Shown here: positions 24,751-37,391 of the stretch, piece after piece
How the letters are laid out: every line of letters starts with the position of its first letter
Position numbering within the stretch: position 1 is the first letter of the stretch
Source: Amoebidium appalachense
Lineage: Eukaryota; Protista; Ichthyosporea
Direction of reading: 5' to 3'
Length of the DNA stretch: 64,000 bases
Assembly: GCA_963693365.1 (NCBI GenBank)
Contig: CAVNZM010000005.1
Span: 3,533,716-3,597,715, forward strand
Translations under genes and position numbers: made by a program
Notes under the pieces: model-generated
What the model was told of the DNA's origin: nothing
Database searches by the model: none
The model's input: only the letters and a program-made list of their open reading frames with translations

Positions 24751-25044
24751 TGTTAGTGACTTGTGTGCATACACTAGCGTACCGCCGGGATCCGGATCAA
24801 TGTATTCATATTCCTGATTCGTACAGAACATTCTTAGAAGGTGATCTGATTGGTTATTACTTAGCTTAGTTCCGATTGGGTTATGAGTTATCCAATCATA
24901 TCTTAGCTCTCTCAGCTACGAAGTATATAAACCAGAATGACGGGACTCATTCGATCACTAGTCAATAAACATCGATATCAACAACCACCGATCACTTCTG
25001 TGCTCTACTCTAGTCGACGAGGGTTCTGCACTCTAAATTTATCA
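24751..25044 (+). repeat. Putative 3' LTR of the older copia remnant
   Basis: Follows the purine tract AAGGGGAC; TGTTA...TATCA ends; internal TATATAA and AATAAA. Confidence 0.55.
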
Positions 25045-26976
25045 GAATAAATGTGGAGCAGAGGCAGGATTCGGTCCTGTGACCTCTGTAAGAGACAATC
25101 ACTTCTACATAGCGGATCGAGAGTAGAGAGGTACGCAGGAAGTGGTTTGCCGGATCTCAGATCCTCCGGTACCATCTGCGGATGGTCCGGCTGCTTTATA
25201 TACTATGCGCGGATGCCAGCCAGGATACATCGTCCAATAGGATTACAGATAGTCTCTCAGGATAGATCGGGATTATGTACTAACCAATAGGAAGACAGCT
25301 ATGGTTCCTAGCGTATGCGGCCCCAGGCGGTTCCCAAGTACGTGGGGGCAGGATAGGCGGGAACAGGCTAAGTACGTGGCTGGGAAGAGGAGGAATAAAC
25401 AGATAGACTATTCTATCATAACACGAGTACTGTCGAGGAAAGAGTACAACAATCATTCGTCTTTTTTTTGGAAAAGAGATGTGATGTTATCGAGGAGCCT
25501 GTACATGAACATCTTATGCGTGGTTCAGAACAATGAACTTCAATTGACTCATCCTCGAGCTCAGCAGCGGCCTGTTCGAAGTTCAGTGCACTGCTTGAAG
25601 TGAGTAAAAAAAAGTTGCGAAAACTGACGAGTGCAAAAGTAGTGTATAAACCGGTTGTTTTTTAAACCATAAGCCGTATTTGCAGCTGTTTTGGATGTAA
25701 CAGATAATGGGAGAAATTGTAAAGTTTACATTTTGTGACGTGGTGCCACAACGGGGGTATTTTATTAGCATACGAATAGTAAATGCTGAGCTGGGGACCC
25801 GGCAGGAAAGATATCGACCAACGGGGACGGCCCGTCATGAGCGGTGTTCGGATACAAAAACACAGCAAAATATTGACATGAAAACATCCGAACGGGGCCT
25901 GCACGTTCGTGTCAAATTATTCATATCATATCCAATTCGGATTCTGAGAGTCCACCAAGAAGACAAAACGAACAAAAAACGTGCCCATCACAGATTTGTG
26001 GTGAAACACGTCTTCGGGGAAACACGTATTCCGGAATATATATTAGAATCAAAATAAGCATGTTCCAGGAGCCATACGACGTGTCTGCAAGTCCACGAGC
26101 AAGACGTTATAGAAGTTAGACAGTATTGATACAAACATATTCCGGAATACGATATTATGGGACAAGTGGTTTTGCTGTGGTTTGGGTCACGTAAAGATCT
26201 CATAGCTGAGCAGTCCCCAACGTGCAGAAAAACACATATTCCGGAATATGTTAATCGGCCTATTGCAAACCCAGTTTTGTGCATTCTCAACCATACATGC
26301 CCGTGCTATGGACCAGAAAAACTGATACACTTATTGGTGTCAAGAGAACCAACCCAACCCCACCCCAATCCCAACCACCATCTACTCGAGCTAGTAGAGA
26401 CAAAAGCCCTAAAACATAACATAACACAACATAACACAAAAAAAAAAAATACAAGCCCGTTCGTTCGTTTGTTCGTTCCATGAGCATGTAAATATATGTC
26501 AAGATAAAATGTGGCTGAAGGACAGGAAGCCGTTTATTCATTCAATCATTCATTCATTCTTTACTTTCACTGAACGACGAGTGAATTCTTTAGAACATGT
26601 GTTTCAATACAAATATTGATGCAAATGAATACAAATTTATATATACCCACAGGGTATAACGTGATGGTCATTCGAGCAAACATCATGGTCATTGCAGCTG
26701 TTGTTGTCGTCATTTGGGGCGCAAGCGCTTTGCAATCGGCTAGAAAAACATACTAAGCGGCAAAGGTGGGGGTGGGCTGTCGGCATCATACTCAGCGTCT
26801 ACACGGTGGGTTGCATGGTGTTGAGTGCTTTCCTGAATGATATCAGGTTCTCGGACACCATGTTCTTGACCTATGTTTGTGTGTGTGCGTGTGCGCGTGT
26901 GTGCGTGGGTGTGCGTGTGCGTGTGCGTGTGCGTGTGCGTGTGTGCGTGTGCGATAGATTGTTAGCAGACATATTT

Positions 26977-27340
26977 TCAACAAAAGTCAAAAAAAATTCC
27001 TAGAATATCCTTTTCACCATCCGTAAAACCATTCATCTTCCGGTCGCATTCTTCCAGTCCTGCGATATAAAGACCCGTGCTTTTCAATGTGGCGAATTGA
27101 GTTATACAATCTGTATGTGGACAACAAGTTGTCAAGGCGTAAGGCAATGCATGGTTCGTTGATAGCACGTAGCATCCTTTTCACCGTGTCGCGTGTTTTT
27201 GACCAATTTTTGGTATAGGTGTAAAATCGGTACGCCTTTGATTTTCGATCAGAAGCGCATCAATGATACGATACCTATGGATTGGATACACACTTTGTGT
27301 ATTGCCAGTCATATCTTTGGGCAGACGTCCTTTATATCTA
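26977..27340 (-). pseudogene. Decayed coding exon of unknown function
   Basis: About 115 codons of protein-like sequence (YKGRLPKDMTGN...CCPHTDCITQF...) with one internal TGA; same strand as, and downstream of, the dioxygenase-like exons. Confidence 0.35.
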
Positions 27341-27409
27341 CATGTATTAGAGGGGAATAAGGGAATGGTTCATAGTTTTCCCTAGCTCAACTCCCAAAAG
27401 ACGCCCCGG

Positions 27410-27456
<47 letters not shown>

Positions 27457-28022
27457 AATTGAAAATGTTATGATACGAGACCCTGAGACGAGTAAATCTA
27501 CTCACATATGATGTGACAGCTTCTACGTATTTCTGTATAACAGGCTCACCTTTAACTGCCTCAGAGTCACTGATCGTGCCGCCGTCTGTGGCCTTGGGAG
27601 GTGGTGGCAGATTTGGATCTGGAGATGGGAAGGGAATGGGGTTAGATGAAAGAAACTCGATGCTGCTTACTTAACAGCCCTTCCGTCCCCATCCCCACCC
27701 CCACCCCCCCTCTTTCGTTCCACAAAAACAAAACAGAAACAGAAACAGAAAACAAAAGGGAAATTTTAGGGTTTTTTTTTTTTTTTTAGGGGTTTTTTTT
27801 TTTGGATACCAAACGTGCAAGGACATACCAGTCATGATGGGTAGCAGAGTATACACCCTTGATTCATGTACTGATACAAAAAACAAAGTGGTCACCAAAT
27901 GTAAAATAAAATTTATCCGATGTAATAGTTTTGGTCTCCCTATGTCCCTATCTCCCTCTCTCTCTCTCAGAGTCTCTCTTTCTGTGATGTGTGTGCGTGT
28001 GCGTGTGCGTGTGCGTGTGCGT

Positions 28023-28077
<55 letters not shown>

Positions 28078-28211
28078 CTACCTTTGTTGGCTTGTGTGGA
28101 CAGTTCATGTTGTGGGGGTTGGGGTCGGGGGGACTCCTCGGTGTTTGGGGAGGGAGTGGTGCCGCCCTGGGGGTGTACCTGGCCTGCAAGGGGGAAAAAT
28201 CGTGAGAAGGT

Positions 28212-28369
28212 TTATGTAATAAAAACGTGTACATGTTTGATCAAACTCATAATTAAAACCTTATGGACGAGTTTTATGGAACCCCTGGTAGCCTCAAATT
28301 TTTTGCCATGCTCCTTCATGTACACTATTCCATAATCAAAACCAGCATGGAGAGACGGTTTCACCGTGA

Positions 28370-28440
<71 letters not shown>

Positions 28441-29197
28441 ACGCGGGGGAAGGGGGGGGGGGGGGGGGGGGATACCTTCTGCACCAGACAAAGTCTGTTG
28501 TGGAGTGTCGCTTTCACGCGATGACTGCAGGTAGGCCTCCCGCAGGAGGTTAACAGGAGGGGGTCGTGTATTAGCCAGGTACAACTCGAAACCCATTGGG
28601 TTCCGATCTGGTTCGGGCATGACCCCGGATGGTGGCTGACGGACACAAGGCCTGGCCTTAGCAGCCACTCTTTCGTCTGTGTGCAGGGGGGTATCAGGGT
28701 GTTCATGCCTCCCGGTTGATGGAGGGGAAGGAGGGGTTTTGACGGATGGATCCGTGTCTGTGAGCCACATGTTTCTGTCAGTTGATGTTGATGTATTACA
28801 CCGAAAATAAAATGCCAGGAATCATGATGAAGATATTGACGTGGTAACGAATAGAACTAGACATGACCACCAACATCATTACGAAACTAAAAATAGGCCA
28901 TAGTTTACCTGTATACGGTTTTTCCACACACACCGTCTCATTTTGTATGTGTAGTGTCACGAGTGTATGCATGCTCTGGGAAGATGAGACTCCATCTCAC
29001 AGTTTGTAACCTGATGCCTACAAACGATGCAGGAAAATAAAATCTCTTCTTAAGTTTCAAGCATGTGACCCTCTCACACACATCGGTTGATAGGTATTTG
29101 TTATGTTTGGGTTGTGGGAGGGGGGAGGGGGGATACGGGAGGGGGGATGTTCTTTTTTTAGTTCGGAGTTCAGCACTTCCGCTTATTTTCTTTTGGT

Positions 29198-29239
<42 letters not shown>

Positions 29240-30519
29240 CTACGTTGTGGCACAGGACCAGTGGGCTGAGGTGAGGCAGCAGTCGACGAGGGCGGTTTCA
29301 CCCTGCTGTTGTCATTGTGGGTAGTACTGCCGGCTGTGCCTTGGGATTGTTGTGTGGCCCGGGTAGTGAACTGGATTTGTTTCTCCTCGTCCACGGGTTC
29401 CTCCTCAGATTCTGTTTCAGTGAATAGTCAGACAAAGACGAAAATACAAAATATTTGCCTTATCCTACACGTATGTGCTTTATCATACACTAAACTAACG
29501 AATTCTGTCAAACCCGGCAAAGAAAATTACACTGGAACATGGATGCTTGACTGCCAGGTCCATCAGATTCTATAATCAAGGCATGACATGTGGCAAAGTG
29601 TGATAGAATATTGACCACGGTATATCTTGCCATGGGGCTTGTTTCTTCAATATCTCATGGACATTGTGATCCCAGTGGCACACCTGGGGTGAACCGTTGG
29701 GCTTGCTGCCTATAACTGAGAGACCGGAAATCTTGAGATTGCATGGTAGGCCGTTGTCTCCCAGAAAATGCCTGATTTCATCATACCAAGTTTTTAACAG
29801 AGGGTCTTTCGGGGTCAGAGGAACAGAGAAACGCGTCCCATCGTTATCGTGGACGTCAACCGTATCGTTCACCAAAATCGTTTGAGCAATGTGGTTGCTA
29901 GCCAGCCTTCGCACGTGTTTGATTGATTTTTCTGTTAATTGAATGTGCCCGCGGAATACAAAAAGGTTCCTCTCCAGGTCCTCCTGCCATCCGACCTGAG
30001 TGACCCCGCACCAGCACAAACCCCTAATGTGAGAAGGTACCTTTGTGTTCAGTCGGTCTTACGTAGCTCAAAGTTAGGGGCACACATGCATCGATACCAT
30101 ACATTGTCAAGCAAACGGATAGCCTACTCAGAGTAAAGCGAAAGTACCTGCGACCGAAACAGGGAGTGGTGGTAAGACGCAATGCATACCTGTTTAGGGG
30201 TTATGATGTAGGAATCTGCGTCCTCTTCTAGAGGCATCATGCTGTCCAAGTCTGCAGTAAGCGGCGACACCCCACGTAGTGTTTCGCCACCGGGCCCTAC
30301 GGGCCCTGAGGCCCTACCCCGTAAGTTCGGCATGTCGACACTGCTTGTTGGAAAGACAGTGTTCTGAACAGCTAGCGTGTGCGTTAAAATGTGCTCGTGC
30401 ATTTGGAATGCGACCGCCTTTTGTTTGGTGAGTGTCGGACCCAAAAGGTGATCCCGCAATAAGATCACGAGGTTTGCTTGTGTCATATGCATGAACAACC
30501 GCGCGCGCGGGTCACGCAA
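28212..30519 (-). pseudogene. Spliced 2-oxoglutarate/Fe(II) dioxygenase-like gene (PhyH-like DSBH), probably damaged
   Basis: SVIGSKPNGSPQVCHWDH (HxD at 29669-29677) and distal SLHAGFDY (28341-28349). GT-AG intron 28373-28475 joins exons in phase (AEG-VTVKPSLHAG). Frameshifts near 29580 and 30520. Confidence 0.55.
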
Positions 30520-30904
30520 TGTTTGTACATGTTATCTAAAGGGAGTTCGTAGAAATCTTCTATAACTACGTATGTACAATTCAAACCCAAGTGGGGTGGA
30601 TGGGTGTAATGTGTGTATTGTTTTGGGAGGGTGGAAGGGGAGGGGGAGGGGGGGGGGGGGCGTTTGTATGTACATGTGGACTTTGAGAGTCCCGCATGCC
30701 AGGTCGACCGGCCCAAAGATGTTGATAACATGTGTTTTGTGTGATCTCCTAATTAGAGGACGCCCCGACTGAATAGAGAGAGCACTCCGTCAATCATGTG
30801 CGGGCCGTGTCAGGCGAACATTCCTTGGCACTGCTTGAGTTTCTTATGTTTTTATCCAATCGTTAGAGGCCCGCGTCATGCGGGCATTCCACAACTTGCG
30901 ACCA

Positions 30905-31061
30905 CACAGATGTATGGACTTCGGATTAAAAGTATGTATAATTGAAAGTAAATGTTGCTATGTAATAGCACTCTATGTCATAGTACTAGCGGGAGAAGGA
31001 AACGTGGTCCTTCAACAATAGGGATATCACTAATTTGATTTTGTATGGTGCGGGGGGGAAA

Positions 31062-31095
<34 letters not shown>

Positions 31096-31900
31096 CTTTC
31101 ACAGCGACGCGAGCCGACTGGGCGCGTTATGATGGTGACGTGGGCTCTGGTAGTCCGCCGGAGACTCTGCTTGATGTGGAAATGTGCGTGCAAAGTAATA
31201 GTCCAATCGGAAAAAGCCCGCGGCACACGAACATTCTATATGGAAGTGCATCAGGCAAACATTCCAGATAGAAGGTTTGCCAATCAAATTTGATAACGGG
31301 GCATAAAAATCATTATAACGGGACATAAGAAAAATGGCCCACAATTTATGCGCTCCATTCACTTATGCGCTCCATAACGGGCCATAAAAAATATTTTAAC
31401 GGGACATAAGAAAAATGACACACAATTTATGCGCTCCATTCAAGGTATCGCGTGCGCTGTGTTTATATGTGGGGGGGGCTGGATTGCCATGACATTGCGA
31501 GGACACAGGTGTATGGACTTCGTTGTTGAATGGATTAAAATTATGTAGAATGGAAAGTAAATGTTGCTATGTAATAGTACTCTATGTAATAGTACTAGCG
31601 GGACGAGGAAACATGGTCCTTAAACAATAGGAAGATCATTGGGGAGGGGGGGGGGGGGGGGGGAGGGGGGAGGCTTTTCACAGGGACGCCAGCCGGCGAG
31701 ACGCGTTATCATGGTGCAGGGGACTCTGGTAATCCACCGTAGATTCTGGTTCATGTGGAAACATGTTGTAATCTTGCGTGTAGAGTAACAGCCCAATCGA
31801 AAGAAGCCCGCAGCACGCGAACATTCCATATGGAAGAGCATCAGGCAAACATTCGAGATAGCGGGTTTGCCAATCAAATTTGATAACTGGGCATAAAAAT
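30905..31900. repeat. Diverged ~400-bp direct repeat pair with internal short tandem repeats (31290-31442)
   Basis: Shared blocks tgtatggacttcg, gaaagtaaatgttgctatgtaatag and gcatcaggcaaacatt..tttgccaatcaaatttgataac recur at ~590-bp spacing. Confidence 0.85.
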
Positions 31901-32734
31901 CAATTTATGCCGGTCACACCACTTTGGATGGCGTGTGTGTTCAAGATGTCGCGTGCACTGTCTTTATATGTAACATTGCAACATTACGATGGCACGTACG
32001 AGTGTGGGTGGAAGCGTGTGAGCGAATGTGCATGTTCGTGTTCGTGTGTGTGTGTGTGTGTGTGGGCTGGTGTACACATGTGTACATGGTTTTGTGTGTG
32101 TATGTGTGTTGGGTGTTGGGGTGTGTGCGTGTGTGTGTGTGTGGGGGGGGGGTACGTCCGTCCAAGGGCCATACATTTTTTGGGAGGGGGGGGGAGGGGG
32201 AGGGGGAGGGGGGGGGGGATTGCGAGGGAGATTGTGGATACCGTTAACACAATTGTCATTGCATCCACGCACGACGCTCGCATACGTAGTGCCCGTGCAG
32301 ACTATCTGGAGGCCGCCGATGAACTTCAGGCTTACCTGCAGCTAGGAATGATTGCACAGTGCTCTAGGTTGTACTGAATCGTTTAGTGTTGGATGTTGGT
32401 TTTGGACTTCACGAAATGGTCTGTTGGTATATAATGGCTTGGGTGCTCCCTGTTCTTTATGTTTTCACTGTACCACCATATCTTTGTGGAAAGGCGATTT
32501 GTGTTACTAGGTTTCGGATTTACATTGCATTCCCATTACTAAATAGCGGTTGGCCTGTTTTACAAACGTAACCTGTGCTGATGCCCACTTGTAGTGTTGG
32601 GTGCCAGGTGTGATAAGTATTTGCAGGACAATGTCAAGCCATTCACGCCCGTATTGAAAATAAAAAGAAAACTCATGTGAACACATTCTGTGGCTCGATC
32701 CAAGGTCCCCCCCCCCCCCCCCCCCCCTTCCCCT

Positions 32735-32774
<40 letters not shown>

Positions 32775-32845
32775 ACGCCCACCCCGGCCCAGTCTGACAG
32801 TGAAGCTAGACTGGCACTGTTTCCTAATGGGGCACATTGTAACAC

Positions 32846-32974
32846 GTTTGAGACAAGAGTGCTTCTAACAAAACACCAATGCAGTGTGGTACACCCCGTG
32901 CAGCAAGCTTTTCCCATAAGAGACCAGGGGAGACAGAATCGTAAGAAGTTTTCCGTTCAATAAAACCAACATAT
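32846..32974 (-). mobile_element. Internal RT fragment (~129 bp) of the same LINE family as 7581-12166
   Basis: Nearly identical to ~9238-9366; encodes YVGFI..KT.YDSVSPGLLWEKLAARGVPHCIGVLLEALLSQT. Confidence 0.93.
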
Positions 32975-33186
32975 CCGTATTGAAAATAAAAAGGAAACTC
33001 ATGTGAGCACATTCTGTGGTTCGATCCAAGGTTCCCCCCCCCCACACTTCCTCCCCTGCTCCCTCCAGGGTCTCATCGATTCCTACAGTCTCCTCCTCAA
33101 GTTCTCTCTCTCCTCTCTCTCTCTCTCTCTTTCTGTCTCAGAGTCTCTCTTCCTTTCTCCCTCCATCTCTCTCTCTCTCTCTCTCT

Positions 33187-33233
<47 letters not shown>

Positions 33234-33255
33234 TTATATATACATATGGCGGTAT

Positions 33256-33289
<34 letters not shown>

Positions 33290-33932
33290 AGGCTTATATA
33301 TACATATGGCGGTATATATATATATATATAGTGTATATATCATATATATATTTATATATCTACCCATCTCTCTCTCAAGCTCTCTCTCACACACACACTC
33401 TCTCTCTCTCTCTCAGTCTCTCTCTCGCTCTCTCCCCCCCTCCTCCCCCCCCCTCTCCCTCTCCATCTCCCTCTCTCACTCTTTCTCCGTCTCCCCCTCC
33501 CCCTCTCCCTCCCTCATTCTTTCTCTGTCTCCCCCTCTCCCTTGCGTCTCTCTCTCTCTCTCTCTCTCATCCCTTTCTCCGTCAGCCTCAGAGTCCGAGG
33601 CTCTCCCCGCCCCTCCCTCCCCCCCCCCTCCCCCCCCCCCCCCCTTCCTAGGAGTCCCCAGGCCAAAGCTCTATCAAGTCCTCTGGTCACGGCCCTTGGC
33701 CAGTCCAAGTCTCCCTCCCTCAGTATCTCATTTCCCCCCCTCCTTCCCTCTCCCTCCCAGTCTCTCTCGAAGTTCACTTTCCCCCCCTCTCCCCTTTCCC
33801 TCCCGCCCTCTCTCAGAGTCCCTTCCTCCCATCCTCAGGTCTCCCTTCGATTCCCTCAAAGCCTTCTCTCTTCTCCCTCCCCTTCTCCCCCCCCCCCCCC
33901 CCCCCCCATATCGTGTGTTTACACTGAGGCGA

Positions 33933-34398
33933 AATATTTTTGTATAATGTACATGTGGCGTACAGTATGCACCCGGGCCCCATATGTACACACAGTAGAT
34001 GACGACTGATCAAGGTTGTACGTTAATGTTTGCGTAACTCCCAAAGTTTACGCTCGATAACCTCATGAGACTTGGCGGCCCCGGGCCACTCGATCGACGA
34101 CCATGTACATGTCCGGCATATGCTAACTCCGATTTTCGGTGCACGTGCGCCAGCACCATTAAGTCGTATGATACTGCTGCGTTCCTATTGGACATACCAT
34201 ATTCCTCGAAATGACACCTGATCACGCGTGTTTAGATGTCGATCGCGGACTACCAGAGCCCGGAGAACGAGGTGATTTATGCTAACGCTGCTAAACCAAG
34301 ATCGTTCCGTAACCCGGTTTCGTCTTGCGGTAGAGATCATACACACCCCCCCCCCCCCCCCCTCTCCCCCCCCACGCCCCCCCTCCCCCCCTCCCCCC

Positions 34399-34432
<34 letters not shown>

Positions 34433-34609
34433 CGGGCCCCTGAACAACGCAAACTATCACAGGCGCATACTGTCAATATTTTTGTGTAATGTACATGCGG
34501 CGTACAGTATGCACCCCGTATGTACACACGGTAGATGACGACTGATCAAGGTTGTACGTTAATGTTTGCGTACTTTCAAAGTTTACCCTCGATATCAACC
34601 TCACGAGAC
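33933..34609. repeat. ~135-bp direct repeat pair (33933-34071 and 34475-34609)
   Basis: Shared core gtagatgacgactgatcaaggttgtacgttaatgtttgcgta. Confidence 0.9.
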
Positions 34610-34791
34610 GCCGCCATAAAAGAACCATGTTGAACAGCGAATGAGGGAGAATTCCTATTGGCGCATGCAGTACAATGCATGTCATATAAAAGCGGGATAC
34701 ACTCACGACCGCGCCACAATCAGACATGTGTTGTAGTACATTGTGTACAGTGGTCCTTGGGTGAGTACCATGATATAGCCTAATCAACGCA

Positions 34792-35183
34792 ATGGCTTTA
34801 AGTTTGGCGAACGTGCAAAGGGTGGTGCTCAAGCCCGCCAGGAAGTACTCGGGTCAGAAACGACCTCCCGGTGCACAGACAACACGCACGAAAAGGCGAG
34901 ACACAGCCCTTTCTGACGAAAACATAGAGTTGGCCGCATCGACCCGAACTCCAAGGTGTTGCTCAAAGGGTAGATGTTTGGAATTGCACCCGTACTCGAT
35001 TGACCAGGTTCGGGAGTCACGAACACTTTTATTTGAGATGTACAGCCTGGCCGAAAGGAGAGTAAAACTGTGGGAGCTGGCTACAGCCCTAACACACGGG
35101 GATCGTTTGATCTAACAAGAACCCTAGAATTTATACACCGAAAGAGAGAGTTGGCCCAGGCTGGAGGAGCAGAACCAAAACAG
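34792..35183 (+). pseudogene. First exon of a Cys-cluster protein, possibly a transposase N-terminus
   Basis: ATG, basic N-terminus, CCSKGRCL...VRESR..LF...S..ERR. One extra G in the run near 35100 would extend the frame to a donor CAG|GTAC at 35183. A further exon-like block lies at 35615-35843. Confidence 0.4.
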
Positions 35184-35843
35184 GTACACACGCACACACA
35201 CACACACACGCGCACACACACGCACACACACACGCACACGCACACGCACACACACGCACATACACACAACACACACACGTAGACACAAACACACACTCGC
35301 ATACATTTGCAAATAGTTAGGAAGACTATTGAACAAATGAACTCATTGAAGGACATGATTTGCATGACTTGTGTAAGGCCAATACCGTCCTAGAACCGGC
35401 AACCCCCCCCCCCTCTCTCTCTCTCCCCCCCCCCCCCCCCCCCCCCCCCCCCTTCCTTCAAACACACAAACACCCTCATACACACAACGTGACCCACCCT
35501 GCCCTGGTATGTGCTGTTAGGCCTAGGTACGGTTGCACGATGACATGGTCAATTTTATAGAAGTTTGCATGACGCGCATTTCCCCTTTAATAACTAACCA
35601 ATACATACCAAACAGGTGGCTGTCGAGCCAGAGCCGATTGAGGATCCGCTGCCCAGCTTGCGGCAGGACAAGCCCTTCAAAGCACCATGCTCAGGGGCGT
35701 ACCGGGGCCCTGGGAAACGGGCACGCTTGGCAGAGTGGAAGAATCCAAGCCCGTACTCAAACGCCAAGAAGGGTGAAATTGTTCTCATAATTGTCAACCC
35801 CACCGACAGTTACAACCCCGAGGCCATCCCCGAACCGGCGAAG

Positions 35844-35877
<34 letters not shown>

Positions 35878-37309
35878 ACTCCCCACACCCCCCCCCCCCC
35901 CCCCCCCACAAACCCCTTCCCCCCCACCCTCACCCCCCCTCTCCCCCTCTTTCTCCCCCCTCCCCCTTCCTCCTGCCTTTCTCAAACCCCCCCCCCCCCT
36001 CCCCCCACCCTTCGCCCCCCCCCCCCCCCCCCCCCCCCCCCACCGTGACCCGCCCATATTCACTTTAAACCCCTACACCCTCATACACACACCGTACCCG
36101 TCCTACTTCCATTCTCCCACTCTCCTCCCCTTGTATCCTTCGAGATCACTTCCTTCAACACGATTGAAGCAGAATCCGTTAACATATCGGCTGTTACTGT
36201 ATACTTTACTATGGTAACTGTTGTGGAGTTCTGTTCCATAAATAGATGTGGAGACTGCATCGACTTTAGTACTAAGTTTTAAAACCTTCCTCCCCCCCCC
36301 CCCCCCCCCACCACCACCACCCCCACCCCCCACCCCCCCCCCCTTCTCCACCCCCTTTCCCCCCTCAACTCTCTCCTCAACCCTCAACACCCCTAGACAT
36401 ACATGCACTTAAAATTATGCCCGGCACGAGTCACAAGTCTCACAAACACCTTCAAGGTGTCTTCTCAGTCCACATCGTCATTCAATAGACCCGCAAACCG
36501 CTGGACTTTGTTATGGCCCAAAATCATGGAAACACACCCTAGAATCCTGTACTCGTTTACTTGTATGTTGTGTCTGTATTCTCCCCCCCCCCCAAAAAAA
36601 AAAAAAAAAAAAAAAAAAACATACCCACATCCCATCCCACCACCCACCAACACTAACCCTTCATTATGTGTGTTTCTCTCAGCGACAATCTGTCTCTCCT
36701 ACAAATAGTCTACCCCATTAGCAAACCCTTCATGCTATCTCATAATATGTCAAACAGTTCCTCACGGCCAATCCCCCCTCCCCCCCCCCCCCCCCATCCC
36801 CACCCCACCCCCACCCCCTCCACCACGCACACCCCCACACATCCCCACACACACGCACATGCGCAAAAACACTATACCGTATAGGTGCACCAGCCGTAGA
36901 CGAATCCCCTGAGGAGCAGGATGGTGCAGACTCACCCGATTCAGGTGAGGACCCCCCCCCCCCCCCCCCCAAAAAAAAAAAAATAAATAAAAATAAAGAA
37001 TAAAAATAAAAAATAAAAAATAAAAAATAAAAAGAACAAAAGCAAAACAAAACAAATAAATAAAAGAAAACCATAACCCTATAATCCATTTCCTGACTTT
37101 CTTGCTTCTTGATCTTGCAAAAAGGTAAAATGAACACGATTGAATGACAGGAGTGTAACTTGCTTAGGCCAATACCATCCCCGAACTGACAACCCATATT
37201 TGATCAACCCAAAACAATACGTTTCCGAGCTTTAAAGCAGATAATTTAAACATGTACACAGAGACAGACGTCCACACATGCACATGCACATGCACATGAA
37301 CACGCACAT

Positions 37310-37391
<82 letters not shown>

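Noticed and set aside
25050-25423. Additional minus-strand solo LTR (ends TCATAACA, reverse TATA near 25195)
   Set aside because: No convincing second terminus or TSD found.
26027-26251. CRISPR-like palindromic repeats with unique spacers
   Set aside because: The repeats are only 12-18 bp with ~90-100-bp spacers and three copies; they fit protein-binding sites better.
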